Assembly: GCA_027021365.1 (NCBI GenBank) | Contig: JALUUM010000022.1 | Coordinates: forward strand, 19,150 to 83,149 | From: Spirochaetales bacterium | GTDB taxonomy: Bacteria; Spirochaetota; Spirochaetia; SZUA-6 | Direction: 5' to 3' | DNA length: 64,000 nt | In this document: positions 28,227-38,029 of the stretch, in pieces | Layout: every line of letters begins with the position of its first letter | Position numbering within the stretch: position 1 is the stretch's first letter | Position numbers and translations under genes: made by a program | The notes under the pieces: model-generated | The model's database searches: none | What the model was told of the DNA's origin: nothing | The model's input: the letters and a program-made list of their open reading frames with translations, nothing else

Positions 28227-29606
28227 TCATACGTAAGGCGGTTTTCTGAAATTTATCGTAAAGTTTCTGCCCTTCCCAAAGCTTTCCATGAACTCGAAAC
28301 CACACTTTTTGGCAAGATTGCTTACCTCTGCCATGGATAGAAAATCAGGATCTCCCGGTTGCTCCGTAACAGATAGCACTCCCGAAGGACGAAGAACTCT
28401 GAAAATATTCTCCATGCAGGCAAGAGCATCGGGAGTTTCTCCCAATACGGAAACGAGGAAAACGATATCAAACTCACAATCTCTGTAGGGTAGCCTTACT
28501 GCATCACCCTTTGTAAATCCAACCCTTTCATTGCCGGTAGATTCAATCTTTTTCCTTACTTTTTCGAGCATTTCCTCCTGTACGTCGAGTAGTTCCAGGT
28601 GGCCCTTGGGAATTCTTTTGGCAACCTCTACGGAAAAATAGCCTGAACCAGGACCGATTTCCAGGACACGTGAATCTTCCCTCAAGTGTAATCTGTTTGC
28701 AAGCTCTTCCGGTGAAAGTATCAACCTGCGGAGGGGAAAATCGAGAATAAATGAAAGCTGATGCGGGAATATTCCTCGAATTCTCCCTTTCCCCGTCAAT
28801 GTTTCAGGCCCCCACACTATAACGACTGTTAGCGAAAGTATGGTAAGGAGTATATTGCCATAGATGCCGCTCAGGCCGGTTGCCGGCAGGAGTTCCCCTG
28901 TAAAGTTTGTCATAAAGTGGAAAAGGATGGCAGAGAGTGTGCTTCTGTTATTGTTGTTGTATATCCAGGTAAATAGAACAGAGATTATAAAAGGGCCATA
29001 CATGAACGACCAGAAATTACCGGTTAGGAAACCAAGCTTGTCGTGCTGGTAAGTGCCATTCATGAAAAAGAGTGGAATGTGCCACACTGCCCACAGTAAG
29101 CCGAGGATCAAACTGGAGGCCAGAGCGTTGAATCTTGCCTGAAGGCTATCCAGGGCGTAGCCTCGCCAGCCAAGCTCTTCCGGAATGGGCCCGAATGCAA
29201 GGATAAAGAGGGCAAAGGGAATGATTCTCCAGGGTTGTAACAGAAACTCCTTTGCCCTGGCAAAGTCTGGCATGTGTGAACCTGAAAGAAGGGCCAACAG
29301 AATAGCGGTTAAATTTATTGCCGGAAAAATCAGCCATATTACAGGCTGCCATTTCAATTTGATTCTTCTAACATCAAATATACGCGACCAGTAATCCCGT
29401 TTCTGTTCCGCATCGTTTGATAGAAAGACCAGTATTATCTCTGCCAATGCGGGGCCCAGAAGGCCAAGGGCTCCGAAAATTACAGCAGGGAAAGTCCAGA
29501 CATTCCATTGGAAAAGGATTACCCAGAACCAGAAAAACCACGAAATACCCAGAGCAAGTGCAAAAAAACGCACCGGATTTTCCTTTCGAAGAAAACCTTC
29601 TGCCAT
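28227..29606 (-). CDS. Fusion protein: CPBP (CAAX) family intramembrane metalloprotease domain + class I SAM-dependent methyltransferase domain
   Basis: The N-terminal ~260 aa are polytopic, with CPBP motifs EExxxR (PIPEELGWRGY), FxxxH (WAVWHIP) and HxxxN (ILFHFMTN). The C-terminal ~190 aa carry SAM-MTase motif I (VLEIGPGSGYFSVEVAKRI) and post-I/II motifs. Confidence 0.65.
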   Translation of the reverse strand: MAEGFLRKENPVRFFALALGISWFFWFWVILFQWNVWTFPAVIFGALGLLGPALAEIILVFLSNDAEQKRDYWSRIFDVRRIKLKWQPVIWLIFPAINLTAILLALLSGSHMPDFARAKEFLLQPWRIIPFALFILAFGPIPEELGWRGYALDSLQARFNALASSLILGLLWAVWHIPLFFMNGTYQHDKLGFLTGNFWSFMYGPFIISVLFTWIYNNNNRSTLSAILFHFMTNFTGELLPATGLSGIYGNILLTILSLTVVIVWGPETLTGKGRIRGIFPHQLSFILDFPLRRLILSPEELANRLHLREDSRVLEIGPGSGYFSVEVAKRIPKGHLELLDVQEEMLEKVRKKIESTGNERVGFTKGDAVRLPYRDCEFDIVFLVSVLGETPDALACMENIFRVLRPSGVLSVTEQPGDPDFLSMAEVSNLAKKCGFEFMESFGKGRNFTINFRKPPYV

Positions 29607-29756
29607 TCTATGACCTTTCTTAAAGAGTTGTTACCTGTTTTAGGGTTAATTTACTTCAATATTTTCAAAAATCAATGTTGTTGAGAGAATTTATTTTAAG
29701 GAAAAATGGGAGGCAGATATACTTTTATGGTCGATGTTTATGACCACTGATTATGG

Positions 29757-30836
29757 TTACTGCCACAGCAGGGACTTTTCCGTTTCAGTATCGAAAAACT
29801 GAGCCTTCTCCATGTCGAATTTCAATCCCACAGAATCGCCCCTCTTAAGCTTCAGTACGGGATCTACGAGGAAATGTATTTCTATGTTGCCGACACGGCA
29901 TACTATCAGGTCGTCACGTCCCATTGGCTCTATCAGCAGGATTTCTGTCCGGAGATCCGAATTGTTGTCTATAATTATATCCTGGGGCCTTATGCCCATT
30001 TTAACAGAACCCCTGGGTTCTACCTTTGGTTTCCTACTCGGTGGTATTTCAAGCTTTATTCCCTCCCCGAGATTTGCATACATCTTGCCGCCGCTGTCCT
30101 CCAGCCTTACATCGAAAAGATTCATCGGAGGATTTCCTATGAACTCGGCAATGAACAATGTTCTTGGCCTATCGTGAAGTTCTTCCGGTTCGGTGTATGC
30201 CTGAAGGACCCCATTCTTGATAACTGCAATTCTGTCGGCCATTGTCATTGCCTCTATCTGATCGTGGGTGACGTAGATACTGGTAATGCCAAGGCTGTTC
30301 TGAAGTTTCTTTATCTCGCTTCTCATGGATATTCTAAGGCGTGCATCGAGGTTGGACAGGGGCTCATCGAAGAGAAGCAGCTTCGGTTTCTTTATCAGTG
30401 CACGTCCCAGTGCCACCCTCTGCTGTTGTCCGCCGGATAGCTGGCCGGGTTTCCTGTCCAAAAGATGTCCGATTCCCATGATATCGGCAACCCTCTGTGC
30501 CTCAGCCTGCATTTCCGTCTTGGGTCTTTTCTTTAGCATTAGTGAAAAGACGAGGTTCTGGTAAACTGACATATGAGGATAAAGGGCATAACTCTGAAAC
30601 ACCATGCCAATGTCCCTGTCCTTGGGCGGCAGGTGATTGACACGGACCCCATCGAAGAGTATGTCACCTTCTGTCGGCTTATAGATGCCCGCCACCATGA
30701 GGAGCGTTGTTGTTTTCCCGCAGCCCGAGGGCCCCAGGAAGGCAACGAACTCCCCGTCCTTGATATCTATGTTTATTCTGTTCACTGCGGTAACGCCCAT
30801 GAACTTCTTTGTCAGGTTTACAAGTTCTACTTGCAT
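29757..30836 (-). CDS. Sugar/glycerol-3-phosphate ABC transporter ATP-binding protein (MalK/UgpC-like)
   Basis: Walker A GPSGCGKTT, signature LSGGQQQRVALGRAL, Walker B LLLFDEPLSNLD, and a C-terminal TOBE-like regulatory domain. Confidence 0.9.
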   Translation of the reverse strand: MQVELVNLTKKFMGVTAVNRINIDIKDGEFVAFLGPSGCGKTTTLLMVAGIYKPTEGDILFDGVRVNHLPPKDRDIGMVFQSYALYPHMSVYQNLVFSLMLKKRPKTEMQAEAQRVADIMGIGHLLDRKPGQLSGGQQQRVALGRALIKKPKLLLFDEPLSNLDARLRISMRSEIKKLQNSLGITSIYVTHDQIEAMTMADRIAVIKNGVLQAYTEPEELHDRPRTLFIAEFIGNPPMNLFDVRLEDSGGKMYANLGEGIKLEIPPSRKPKVEPRGSVKMGIRPQDIIIDNNSDLRTEILLIEPMGRDDLIVCRVGNIEIHFLVDPVLKLKRGDSVGLKFDMEKAQFFDTETEKSLLWQ

Positions 30837-30864
30837 TCTCCCTCTCCTGTAATTATTTCTCTTT

Positions 30865-31779
30865 TCATGCGGTTCCCTTTACCCCGCCTGCAAAAATATT
30901 CAACAGATACTTCTGAGTGAATATATAGAATACTAAAACGGGTATAAGTTGATACAAGCCGACTGCCGCCAGAGTTCCGTAGTTGACCGGCGATGTTTCG
31001 GACAGCATCTCATTCAGCAGAGTGGAAAGTGTGGCCTTGGTCTGGCTCGTCATGAATGAGTATGGTATAAGGAAGGATTTCCAACCCTCCATGAAAGAAA
31101 ATATGGAAAGGGCAGCTATTCCAGGCTTTATTTGAGGAACCATTATCTGCCACCATGTTCTCCATCTGGAACACCCGTCTATCAATGCCGCCCTTTCCAG
31201 GTCCCAGGATACGTTGTCGAAAAATCCCTTCATCAACCATATGCCAAGAGGCAACTGCAAGGCGATACTAACGAGTATAACGCCACCAAGCGTGTTGTAG
31301 CCGAAGCCTCCGATCAGAGGAATGCCCCTTCCTATTACAGGGACGGATGCTATCCATCGAAGGACGAAGTAGATTGCTATAAGAAGTGTGACACTCGGAA
31401 ATGAATGGAGTATCAATGTAAGGGACAGGAAGGATTTTCTACCCGGAAATTTTATCCTTGAAAGGGCATATCCTGCCATCATCGAAACAAGAACCACACC
31501 TACCGTAAGGCCGATTGCAATTATCAGGGTATTCAGTGTGAGAAGCCAGATGGAGGCATTCAGTGTCTTGGATTTATCGTAGAGAAATGCCCAGTTGGAT
31601 AGTGTAAGCCCCTTGAAGTAATTACCCTGTTGGTCCACCGGAATAAGCCCGTAGCACCTCGTTGAGAAGGTGGAAACAAGTATCCAGAGGTAGCCCAGTA
31701 TTATGGGGAGCGATAGCACAACCAGTAAAATATAGGGAAGACTTCTTGTAAAAGGATTTCTCGATCTTATCTCTTTCAT
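30865..31779 (-). CDS. ABC transporter permease (UgpE/MalG-like)
   Basis: 6-TM permease with an EAA loop (AALIDGCSRWRTWWQIMVPQIKPG). Confidence 0.85.
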   Translation of the reverse strand: MKEIRSRNPFTRSLPYILLVVLSLPIILGYLWILVSTFSTRCYGLIPVDQQGNYFKGLTLSNWAFLYDKSKTLNASIWLLTLNTLIIAIGLTVGVVLVSMMAGYALSRIKFPGRKSFLSLTLILHSFPSVTLLIAIYFVLRWIASVPVIGRGIPLIGGFGYNTLGGVILVSIALQLPLGIWLMKGFFDNVSWDLERAALIDGCSRWRTWWQIMVPQIKPGIAALSIFSFMEGWKSFLIPYSFMTSQTKATLSTLLNEMLSETSPVNYGTLAAVGLYQLIPVLVFYIFTQKYLLNIFAGGVKGTA

Positions 31780-31793
31780 CTCAATCCTCCCCT

Positions 31794-32732
31794 TTAAGTC
31801 TCGATTTTGGGTTCCTGCACCAGCTCGCCGAATTTAAAGTACCGCATGTATATGATTCCAAGGATTATCCCTATTACAACAAGCACCGCTGCCAGTGCGT
31901 TTCCGAAGCCCCACTGGAAATTTCCCCAGTAGTTGTTAAGGGCCCTGTGGTATGCCCAGAGTGACCAGACTTCCGTGTTGAACTCTCCGTTTGTAAGGAC
32001 CAGTATCTGTTCGAAAGAGGTCATGAGTGAAAGTGTCTGGTATGTCGTAACAAAGAGGAGGGGCCATTTGATATATGGAAGTATCACGTACCTAACTCTC
32101 TGCATGAAGGAAGCACCATCCACAAGAGAAGCTATCATTATGTCTTTTGGTATTGCTTCGATGGCAGAGGTGAAAATAATCATTCCGAAGGATGCCCCTA
32201 TGTAACCGTTTACAAGAACGATAAAGAGAAAGGATGCGGCAGGTACCCAGTCCTGGGGGGTGAATCCCAAAGGCTGAACGAACAGTTGGTTTATGACACC
32301 ATAGGGGGCATTTGCTCCCAGGAATTTCCACATCATAACATAGATTACGGTTGGGGTGATTCGCGGGAGCAGCCAGAGTGCTCTGAAAAAGAAACCTGCA
32401 CCCTGGGAGATGTGAGTCGTTATCAGTGAAATGACCAACGCCATTCCGACATTGAAAAATACCAAGGTAACTGCCACATACTTCACGGTAAGCCATAGAT
32501 GTTTTGGCGTTTCAGGATGTATGGCAATCATTTTGTAATTGTCCAGACCAATCCATTTCCAGTTGTTGAAACCCGTACTGGAACTCATATTGGTACCGGA
32601 AACGAAGATTGTTATTATTACGGGCAGAAAAAAGAACAGAACGATTAGAAGAAGCGAGGGGAAGAGAAACCAGAACCATTCAAGCCGGGTTGAAAGCTTC
32701 TTGGTTTCCGTTGCCTCCTTTTTCTCTTTCAA
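31794..32732 (-). CDS. ABC transporter permease (UgpA/MalF-like)
   Basis: 6-TM permease with a conserved loop (ASLVDGASFMQRVRYVILP). Confidence 0.85.
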   Translation of the reverse strand: MKEKKEATETKKLSTRLEWFWFLFPSLLLIVLFFFLPVIITIFVSGTNMSSSTGFNNWKWIGLDNYKMIAIHPETPKHLWLTVKYVAVTLVFFNVGMALVISLITTHISQGAGFFFRALWLLPRITPTVIYVMMWKFLGANAPYGVINQLFVQPLGFTPQDWVPAASFLFIVLVNGYIGASFGMIIFTSAIEAIPKDIMIASLVDGASFMQRVRYVILPYIKWPLLFVTTYQTLSLMTSFEQILVLTNGEFNTEVWSLWAYHRALNNYWGNFQWGFGNALAAVLVVIGIILGIIYMRYFKFGELVQEPKIET

Positions 32733-32777
32733 TTTGTTTCTCCTTTTTTTGTTTTTATTATAGACTGAAATTTTAAT

Positions 32778-32807
32778 GCCGGGTATTCGATTGGAAGAAT
32801 ACCCGGC
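32778..32807 (-). promoter_or_regulatory. Intercistronic stem-loop between the SBP and permease genes (11-bp stem gccgggtattc/gaatacccggc, 8-nt loop)
   Basis: Perfect inverted repeat seen in sequence, at the same relative position as the hairpin in the first sugar ABC operon. Confidence 0.45.
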
Positions 32808-32829
32808 TGATTTGCATTTTCTGACGGCT

Positions 32830-34221
32830 CTACTTGATAATTATCGAATCACCGAGCTCCAGTTTTAACTGTTTGACAACCGATTCAACTGCCTCTTTGG
32901 GAGTCTTTTCTCCGTTTTCAGCAGCGGTCATTCCGTTCCATACTATATCGAACCATACACTGTAACCGGAATGATTCGGCTGGTACCAGTTGTAGTTAAG
33001 CATGTATGTGACATCGGAGAGGAACTTGGAATCCTTGTAAGGCTTGTAGTCCATCTGTGATTTCAGGATACCGAGGTGTGTGCTCTCTACCGCATGCTTT
33101 GTATTGATCTCTTTAGTAGTCATCTTGGCAAGAAGCCTGATTACCAGGTCTCTGTCCTTGTGGCCTGAGGCCTTTTCGGTGGTGACCATGTAGACCAGCG
33201 GGTGGGAGAGAGTGTTACCCTTCTTGCCCCTGATTCCTGAGGGCTGTAATGCATAACCGACATTTTTGAAGAGGAAATCCTCGTCTCCATTGAGGTAGTT
33301 GACCTTCCAGTCTGCCCACTGCCATATTCCACCGTTCCAGAATAGTACTTTGTTGTGGCTTACAGTATCATGCCAGATTTTCCATTCGGTACCTATGTAG
33401 TTCTTGGGTGTGATCCCGGAAGTCACGCATTTCCTCTGAAAAGCATACCATTTTTCAAGTGCGTCCTTCACAAGAACGAGCTTGTCCTGTTCGGGGTCGT
33501 AGAGGTAACCGCCATAGGAGACATAGTACTGTAGGAAATCTCCTCCCTTTCTTGGTCTGTGCCAGTAACCGTATCCGGGTTTTACCACACCCTTTGCAAT
33601 GGCTTCCTTGGCCGTGTTGATCATGTCATCCAGGGTGAATTCTCCGTTCTTGATCTTGTCTGGAAGTTCTGCAATCTGCTTGTCGGACCACCCCAGTTCT
33701 TTGAGTTTTGTCTTGCTGAAAAACATGGGACGAGCCTCTGTATCCTGAGGTACGGCCCAAATCTTACCGTGCCACATTCCCGCATTCCAGAGGCTGTCGA
33801 AGACATCCTTGAACTCGGGATACATCCCCTGAATCTCTGAAACAGAGTTTGCAAGGGGCATTATGTATCCTGCCTGTGCCCAGACGGGAACATCTTCGTG
33901 GCCGGAGCAAATGATGTCGGGACCTTCACCTGCGTCCGCTGCCATGGTAAACTTTTTCTTATAATCACCCCATGGCGGATTTGAATAATCGGCTTTGACA
34001 ACAACGGTTATCTGTTTTCCCTCTTTCTTGAGTTCCTCGTTCAAAAGCTTGGCTGCCTCGACTGCTGCATCAGCACGCCAGTGTTCCACGTTGTTTGCCC
34101 TTGCCCACACAGTAATAGTTACTGTCCTGGGCCCAGCCTGTTTGGCCGCTTCCTGTTTACCGCCGGCAAATATCAATGCGGGGATCACAAGAAGTGCCAA
34201 AAGAAGAGCAAGTTTTTTCAT
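32830..34221 (-). CDS. ABC transporter solute-binding protein (UgpB-like, glycerol-3-phosphate/glycerophosphodiester or sugar)
   Basis: 463-aa ORF with signal peptide MKKLALLLALLVIPALIFAGG. Family-1 SBP fold composition. First gene of a four-gene operon with two permeases and an ATPase. Confidence 0.8.
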   Translation of the reverse strand: MKKLALLLALLVIPALIFAGGKQEAAKQAGPRTVTITVWARANNVEHWRADAAVEAAKLLNEELKKEGKQITVVVKADYSNPPWGDYKKKFTMAADAGEGPDIICSGHEDVPVWAQAGYIMPLANSVSEIQGMYPEFKDVFDSLWNAGMWHGKIWAVPQDTEARPMFFSKTKLKELGWSDKQIAELPDKIKNGEFTLDDMINTAKEAIAKGVVKPGYGYWHRPRKGGDFLQYYVSYGGYLYDPEQDKLVLVKDALEKWYAFQRKCVTSGITPKNYIGTEWKIWHDTVSHNKVLFWNGGIWQWADWKVNYLNGDEDFLFKNVGYALQPSGIRGKKGNTLSHPLVYMVTTEKASGHKDRDLVIRLLAKMTTKEINTKHAVESTHLGILKSQMDYKPYKDSKFLSDVTYMLNYNWYQPNHSGYSVWFDIVWNGMTAAENGEKTPKEAVESVVKQLKLELGDSIIIK

Positions 34222-34460
34222 ATCATCCTCCTTCTTAATCTTGATATGTCTTTGAATTTAAAAAATCGTATCTTGACTGTATTGCATTGTCAAATTTTGA
34301 TTGACTACAGCTTAATAGCCCAACAGAAGTTTAATAAACGAACTTAGCTTATTTTGTTTCCTTTAATTTCTGTTGTCAACTGGTGGTAAAATACTTCTGT
34401 TAATTAGACATGGTGTAAACAGAGGATTGTTGACTTGCAAAAGTGAGGGACTCTAAACTA

Positions 34461-35390
34461 ATGAATACAAATATGATAGTTGTGGCACACGCGGCAAGAA
34501 TCAATATGGATTATCCCCCGAATACATTGGAGGGAATAAAGACCTGCATGGACAGGGGGCTGGAATATATCGAGGTAGATCTTGCACCCCTGGCACACGG
34601 GGATTTTATTCTCTTTCACAATGAAAGGCTGGACCAGGTAACCAACAGGAGAGGCGATGTCTTTACATTGAACGAGGATGAGAAGAGGGAGTTATTCTAT
34701 ACGGGGAAGAGCAGCGGGGTGGATCGTGCAATACATGTTTCATCTCTTGCAGAGATACTGGATGTGATAAGTGGTGATGAGAGGATAAAGGAGCTACAGC
34801 TCGATATTAAGGTGTATCCGACATCCCTCGTGCATGAGCAGTTGCTCAAACATCTCGTTGAAATGATAAGGCCTGCAAAGGACAAGTTGAGGGTAACGAG
34901 TTGTGCCGACTGGATAATAATAAAATTAAGGGAGCTTGATGCCAGTATCAAGCTGGGATTCGATCCGCAGTTCTATGTCGATTTCAGGGAGAGTAGCGAG
35001 GAGTATCCGCCATTCAAGGCAAACAGGTTCGGGTATCTGGACGATCATCCCGTTGCACATCAGAAGTGGGGAAGTGCCCTTGATTACTTAATGGCACGGG
35101 CAGATTCACTCTGGCACATGGGGGCTGCAGCGGACGTGTGGTATATGCGGTATGAATTCTTGTTGCACTCGCTGAAGGATGGTTTTGACTGGGGAGAGTA
35201 CCTTCACGGTAGGGGTGTGGCTGTCGATGCGTGGACAGTGGACCTGGAGGCCGGGAAGGACAGGGGAAATGACAAGGGCGAGAATAAGGGCGAAAGGGAA
35301 ACGCTTGAAAAGCTTAAAAAACTGAATGTTGACAGGATTACCTCAAATACACCTCTCGAGTGGGTAAGAGTTCTGGATAAGGCCGATTAA
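34461..35390 (+). CDS. Glycerophosphodiester phosphodiesterase (GDPD/UgpQ-like) family protein
   Basis: GDPD N-terminal motifs VVAHAARINMDYPPNTLEGIK...GLEYIEVDLAPLAHGDFILFHNERLD. Probable start at ATG 34461 (MNTNMIVVAH); the track start at 34443 is an in-frame GTG inside a TTGACT promoter-like element. Transcribed divergently from the ugp-like operon. Confidence 0.6.
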   Translation: MNTNMIVVAHAARINMDYPPNTLEGIKTCMDRGLEYIEVDLAPLAHGDFILFHNERLDQVTNRRGDVFTLNEDEKRELFYTGKSSGVDRAIHVSSLAEILDVISGDERIKELQLDIKVYPTSLVHEQLLKHLVEMIRPAKDKLRVTSCADWIIIKLRELDASIKLGFDPQFYVDFRESSEEYPPFKANRFGYLDDHPVAHQKWGSALDYLMARADSLWHMGAAADVWYMRYEFLLHSLKDGFDWGEYLHGRGVAVDAWTVDLEAGKDRGNDKGENKGERETLEKLKKLNVDRITSNTPLEWVRVLDKAD

Positions 35391-35395
35391 ACCGG

Positions 35396-36376
35396 CTATT
35401 TCTTAACCCTGTATATGGAGTAATTCCAGTTTATTATTTCTGCTTCGAGCTGATCCCTGTATTCATCGAATAGCTTGTCGTATCTGTGTCTTTTGTCCGA
35501 ATGGGTTCTTGGAATTACAATCAAATCATAACTGGAGAGGGGACCGTAGAAAGCCATTTCCGGTTTTTCCTCTTCAATAAGTTCATCCTTTACAAGGGCA
35601 AGCACCTTTGTACCTTTACAATTTTCAAGGATGTCATGTTTTCGTACGGCCTCCTCCTCGGTATCCACGTATAGATTTCCCTTGTATAGAAACTGTGTCG
35701 ACTGAATGATAAAATCGAATTCAACCGACCTGTAGAGTGCATTGTCTTCTCCCATGATCGTATGCTTGAATGGATTTACCCTGCCCGCCGGGGAGAACAG
35801 TTTGATTTTCTCATGGTTGACACGGGAGTTACATAGTTTTCTTATTATCATTACATTGTGGGTGTATATGTTGTATCTCTCCTTTTTGGTCCGTGACTTT
35901 TCTGCAATTATGTTTGCAAGGAAATACGGGTTGGTACCGGAGCCGAGAAGCAGATTTATCGGCCTGGAGGGTTTTTCCCTTGCAATGAAGTTCTGAATTA
36001 TTCCATATAGGCCGTTTGCCAGCTTGATCTTATAGGTAACATAGAGATGGTTGTGTTGATGAAATGCATTCATTTCCCTGTTTATGGCAATGAGATCCGA
36101 TTCGTTATCCTGCCCCTTTTCACTCTTTTCTCCCTCCTTCTCGAAGATAAATAGTTTTGCGCCTATCTCGCGTTCGTACCTTTTTATCTGCATCTTTATC
36201 CAGTCGCTGCTCGTATAGTTTGCATGGTAGCGGTCCCGCAAGAAAGCCATAAGAGTCGACATTGGCAGTTTGATATCCCAGATGGTATCTACATCACTTT
36301 TTTCATACTCTTCGGAGAAAATAAAGAAGATATCCCTAACAAGTTCTCTTCGCTTTAGCCGATGTTTTGCATTCAT
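35396..36376 (-). CDS. Hypothetical protein, possibly a sugar-phosphate-binding regulator-like protein
   Basis: 326-aa ORF with a weak DeoR-C/SorC-like segment (INLLLGSGTNPYFLANIIAE). No confident family assignment. Confidence 0.45.
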   Translation of the reverse strand: MNAKHRLKRRELVRDIFFIFSEEYEKSDVDTIWDIKLPMSTLMAFLRDRYHANYTSSDWIKMQIKRYEREIGAKLFIFEKEGEKSEKGQDNESDLIAINREMNAFHQHNHLYVTYKIKLANGLYGIIQNFIAREKPSRPINLLLGSGTNPYFLANIIAEKSRTKKERYNIYTHNVMIIRKLCNSRVNHEKIKLFSPAGRVNPFKHTIMGEDNALYRSVEFDFIIQSTQFLYKGNLYVDTEEEAVRKHDILENCKGTKVLALVKDELIEEEKPEMAFYGPLSSYDLIVIPRTHSDKRHRYDKLFDEYRDQLEAEIINWNYSIYRVKK

Positions 36377-36632
36377 ATCCGGTTGTCTTGATTATACAGT
36401 GAACGGCACCGTTTGTTCAAATGTGTGTCATGAACACAGGCCATGAATGAAGTTCATTAAAACAAGTGGTGAGTGCAAGTAGTAATGTGCACGCCATGAA
36501 AAAAAGTGGTGAGTGCAGGTCATAGGGTGCGAGCCATAGGGTAGGCGTTAAATAGTGCGAGATTTGTTATGCAATCACTGATTATTCTTTTTACTATGGA
36601 CTTTAACCCAAAAAGCCGAATAGAATAAGTGT

Positions 36633-37886
36633 ATGGGTCTAAAGAAAGTTGTAATTTTCATTTCATTTTTCCTATTTCTGTTTGACGGAAGCATACTTAC
36701 TGCACAGGCAAAAAAGACGGAGGTTTTTGCCCCCTTTGTTTCCAGATTAAAGGCCAAGGCCGGAAAGACCGAGATAGTGCTTACGTGGAAGGATTCCCAG
36801 GATGTTAAGGGTATGAATCTTATTTATAGGGCAAAGAGTGAGATAACAGAGAAGAACCTCGACAAGGCAACACTCATTGCCAGTGTCAAACAGGGAATCG
36901 AGACATACAGGGATCGGCCTCCTTCGACGGATAAATACTTCTATGCAATTCTCATGAAGGACGAGAAAGGAAAGGTATACAAGATTCTTATCCCTTTTAG
37001 GAACAAGACAACGATAGGTGTAGCTGTGAAGTCTCTTGCTACGGAAGAGGAGCTTGCAACGAAAATAAAGGGTCTCGAAGCGATACCGGGGAAAGACTCG
37101 ATAAGAATCAATTTCACCTCTTCCAATCCCAAGAGGGATGTGCTGCTCTTTAGAAATACGAGCCCCATACGAAAGGTTGAGGATCTCTTGAAGGCGGTTT
37201 CTCCCGTTGTGCTTGGGAAGGGTAAGACGAGTTACACCGATTATCCCATACCGGGTATTAATTACTACTATGCGGTGATCGATGCGGGGCTTTTCAAAAT
37301 TGGAAAGGTTTCCCTTGTTCCCGGCGAAAACACAACTGTCAAGCCGGTTATGATACCTCTTGGTGAAGGAAGACCTGCCGTTCTCAAACCTCAGAAGCAG
37401 AGGCCCCTGCCCCTTCCATACCTCCTCATTACAGAGGGAGTTTCCAATGGAGAGGAACTCCTTGCCTCTTCACCCTTTCATCTGCCCGAAAAGAAGAATC
37501 TTTCCCCTGCCACGACAAAGGCTGTCAATGAACTTCTTGCAAAGATAAAACTTCCCTCTAAGCCGGAAATGAGGGTAGAAGTTCTCAAGAACGACAGGGA
37601 AGTAAAATCGGGAGGAGAGGAATACACGCTTGCAACCATCGTTCACGAGAACCTGGTTAAGGGAAAATACGGGGAGGCTCAACGGCTCCTGGAAAATTTC
37701 CTCAGCATATATCATTCGAAGGACGTGGAATACAGATCACACTTTTACCTTGGGCAGAGTTACTATTTCCAGGGCAACTACAGAAAGGCATTCATCGAGT
37801 TCCTCATGGCACAGGATGGTTATTACAGGGAAGTCCAGAACTGGATAGATGCATGCTACTCGAAGCTTATTGAAGGTTCCGCTTGA
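36633..37886 (+). CDS. Secreted hypothetical protein with a C-terminal TPR-like region
   Basis: Signal peptide MGLKKVVIFISFFLFLFDGSILTAQA, a beta-rich middle section, and C-terminal YRSHFYLGQSYYFQGNYRKAFIEFL. Confidence 0.5.
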   Translation: MGLKKVVIFISFFLFLFDGSILTAQAKKTEVFAPFVSRLKAKAGKTEIVLTWKDSQDVKGMNLIYRAKSEITEKNLDKATLIASVKQGIETYRDRPPSTDKYFYAILMKDEKGKVYKILIPFRNKTTIGVAVKSLATEEELATKIKGLEAIPGKDSIRINFTSSNPKRDVLLFRNTSPIRKVEDLLKAVSPVVLGKGKTSYTDYPIPGINYYYAVIDAGLFKIGKVSLVPGENTTVKPVMIPLGEGRPAVLKPQKQRPLPLPYLLITEGVSNGEELLASSPFHLPEKKNLSPATTKAVNELLAKIKLPSKPEMRVEVLKNDREVKSGGEEYTLATIVHENLVKGKYGEAQRLLENFLSIYHSKDVEYRSHFYLGQSYYFQGNYRKAFIEFLMAQDGYYREVQNWIDACYSKLIEGSA

Positions 37887-38029
37887 AGTTGCAGCTCCTG
37901 AAGGCAGCCTGAGGCCGGCTTTAAACGGGTTAAAGGGGTTAAAGGGAGCCCCCAGGCTGCTTTGGAAGCAGCGTGGTAAATGAGATTCCTTTCACCACCT
38001 GTCATCATCAGATAATATCGGAGAGATAA

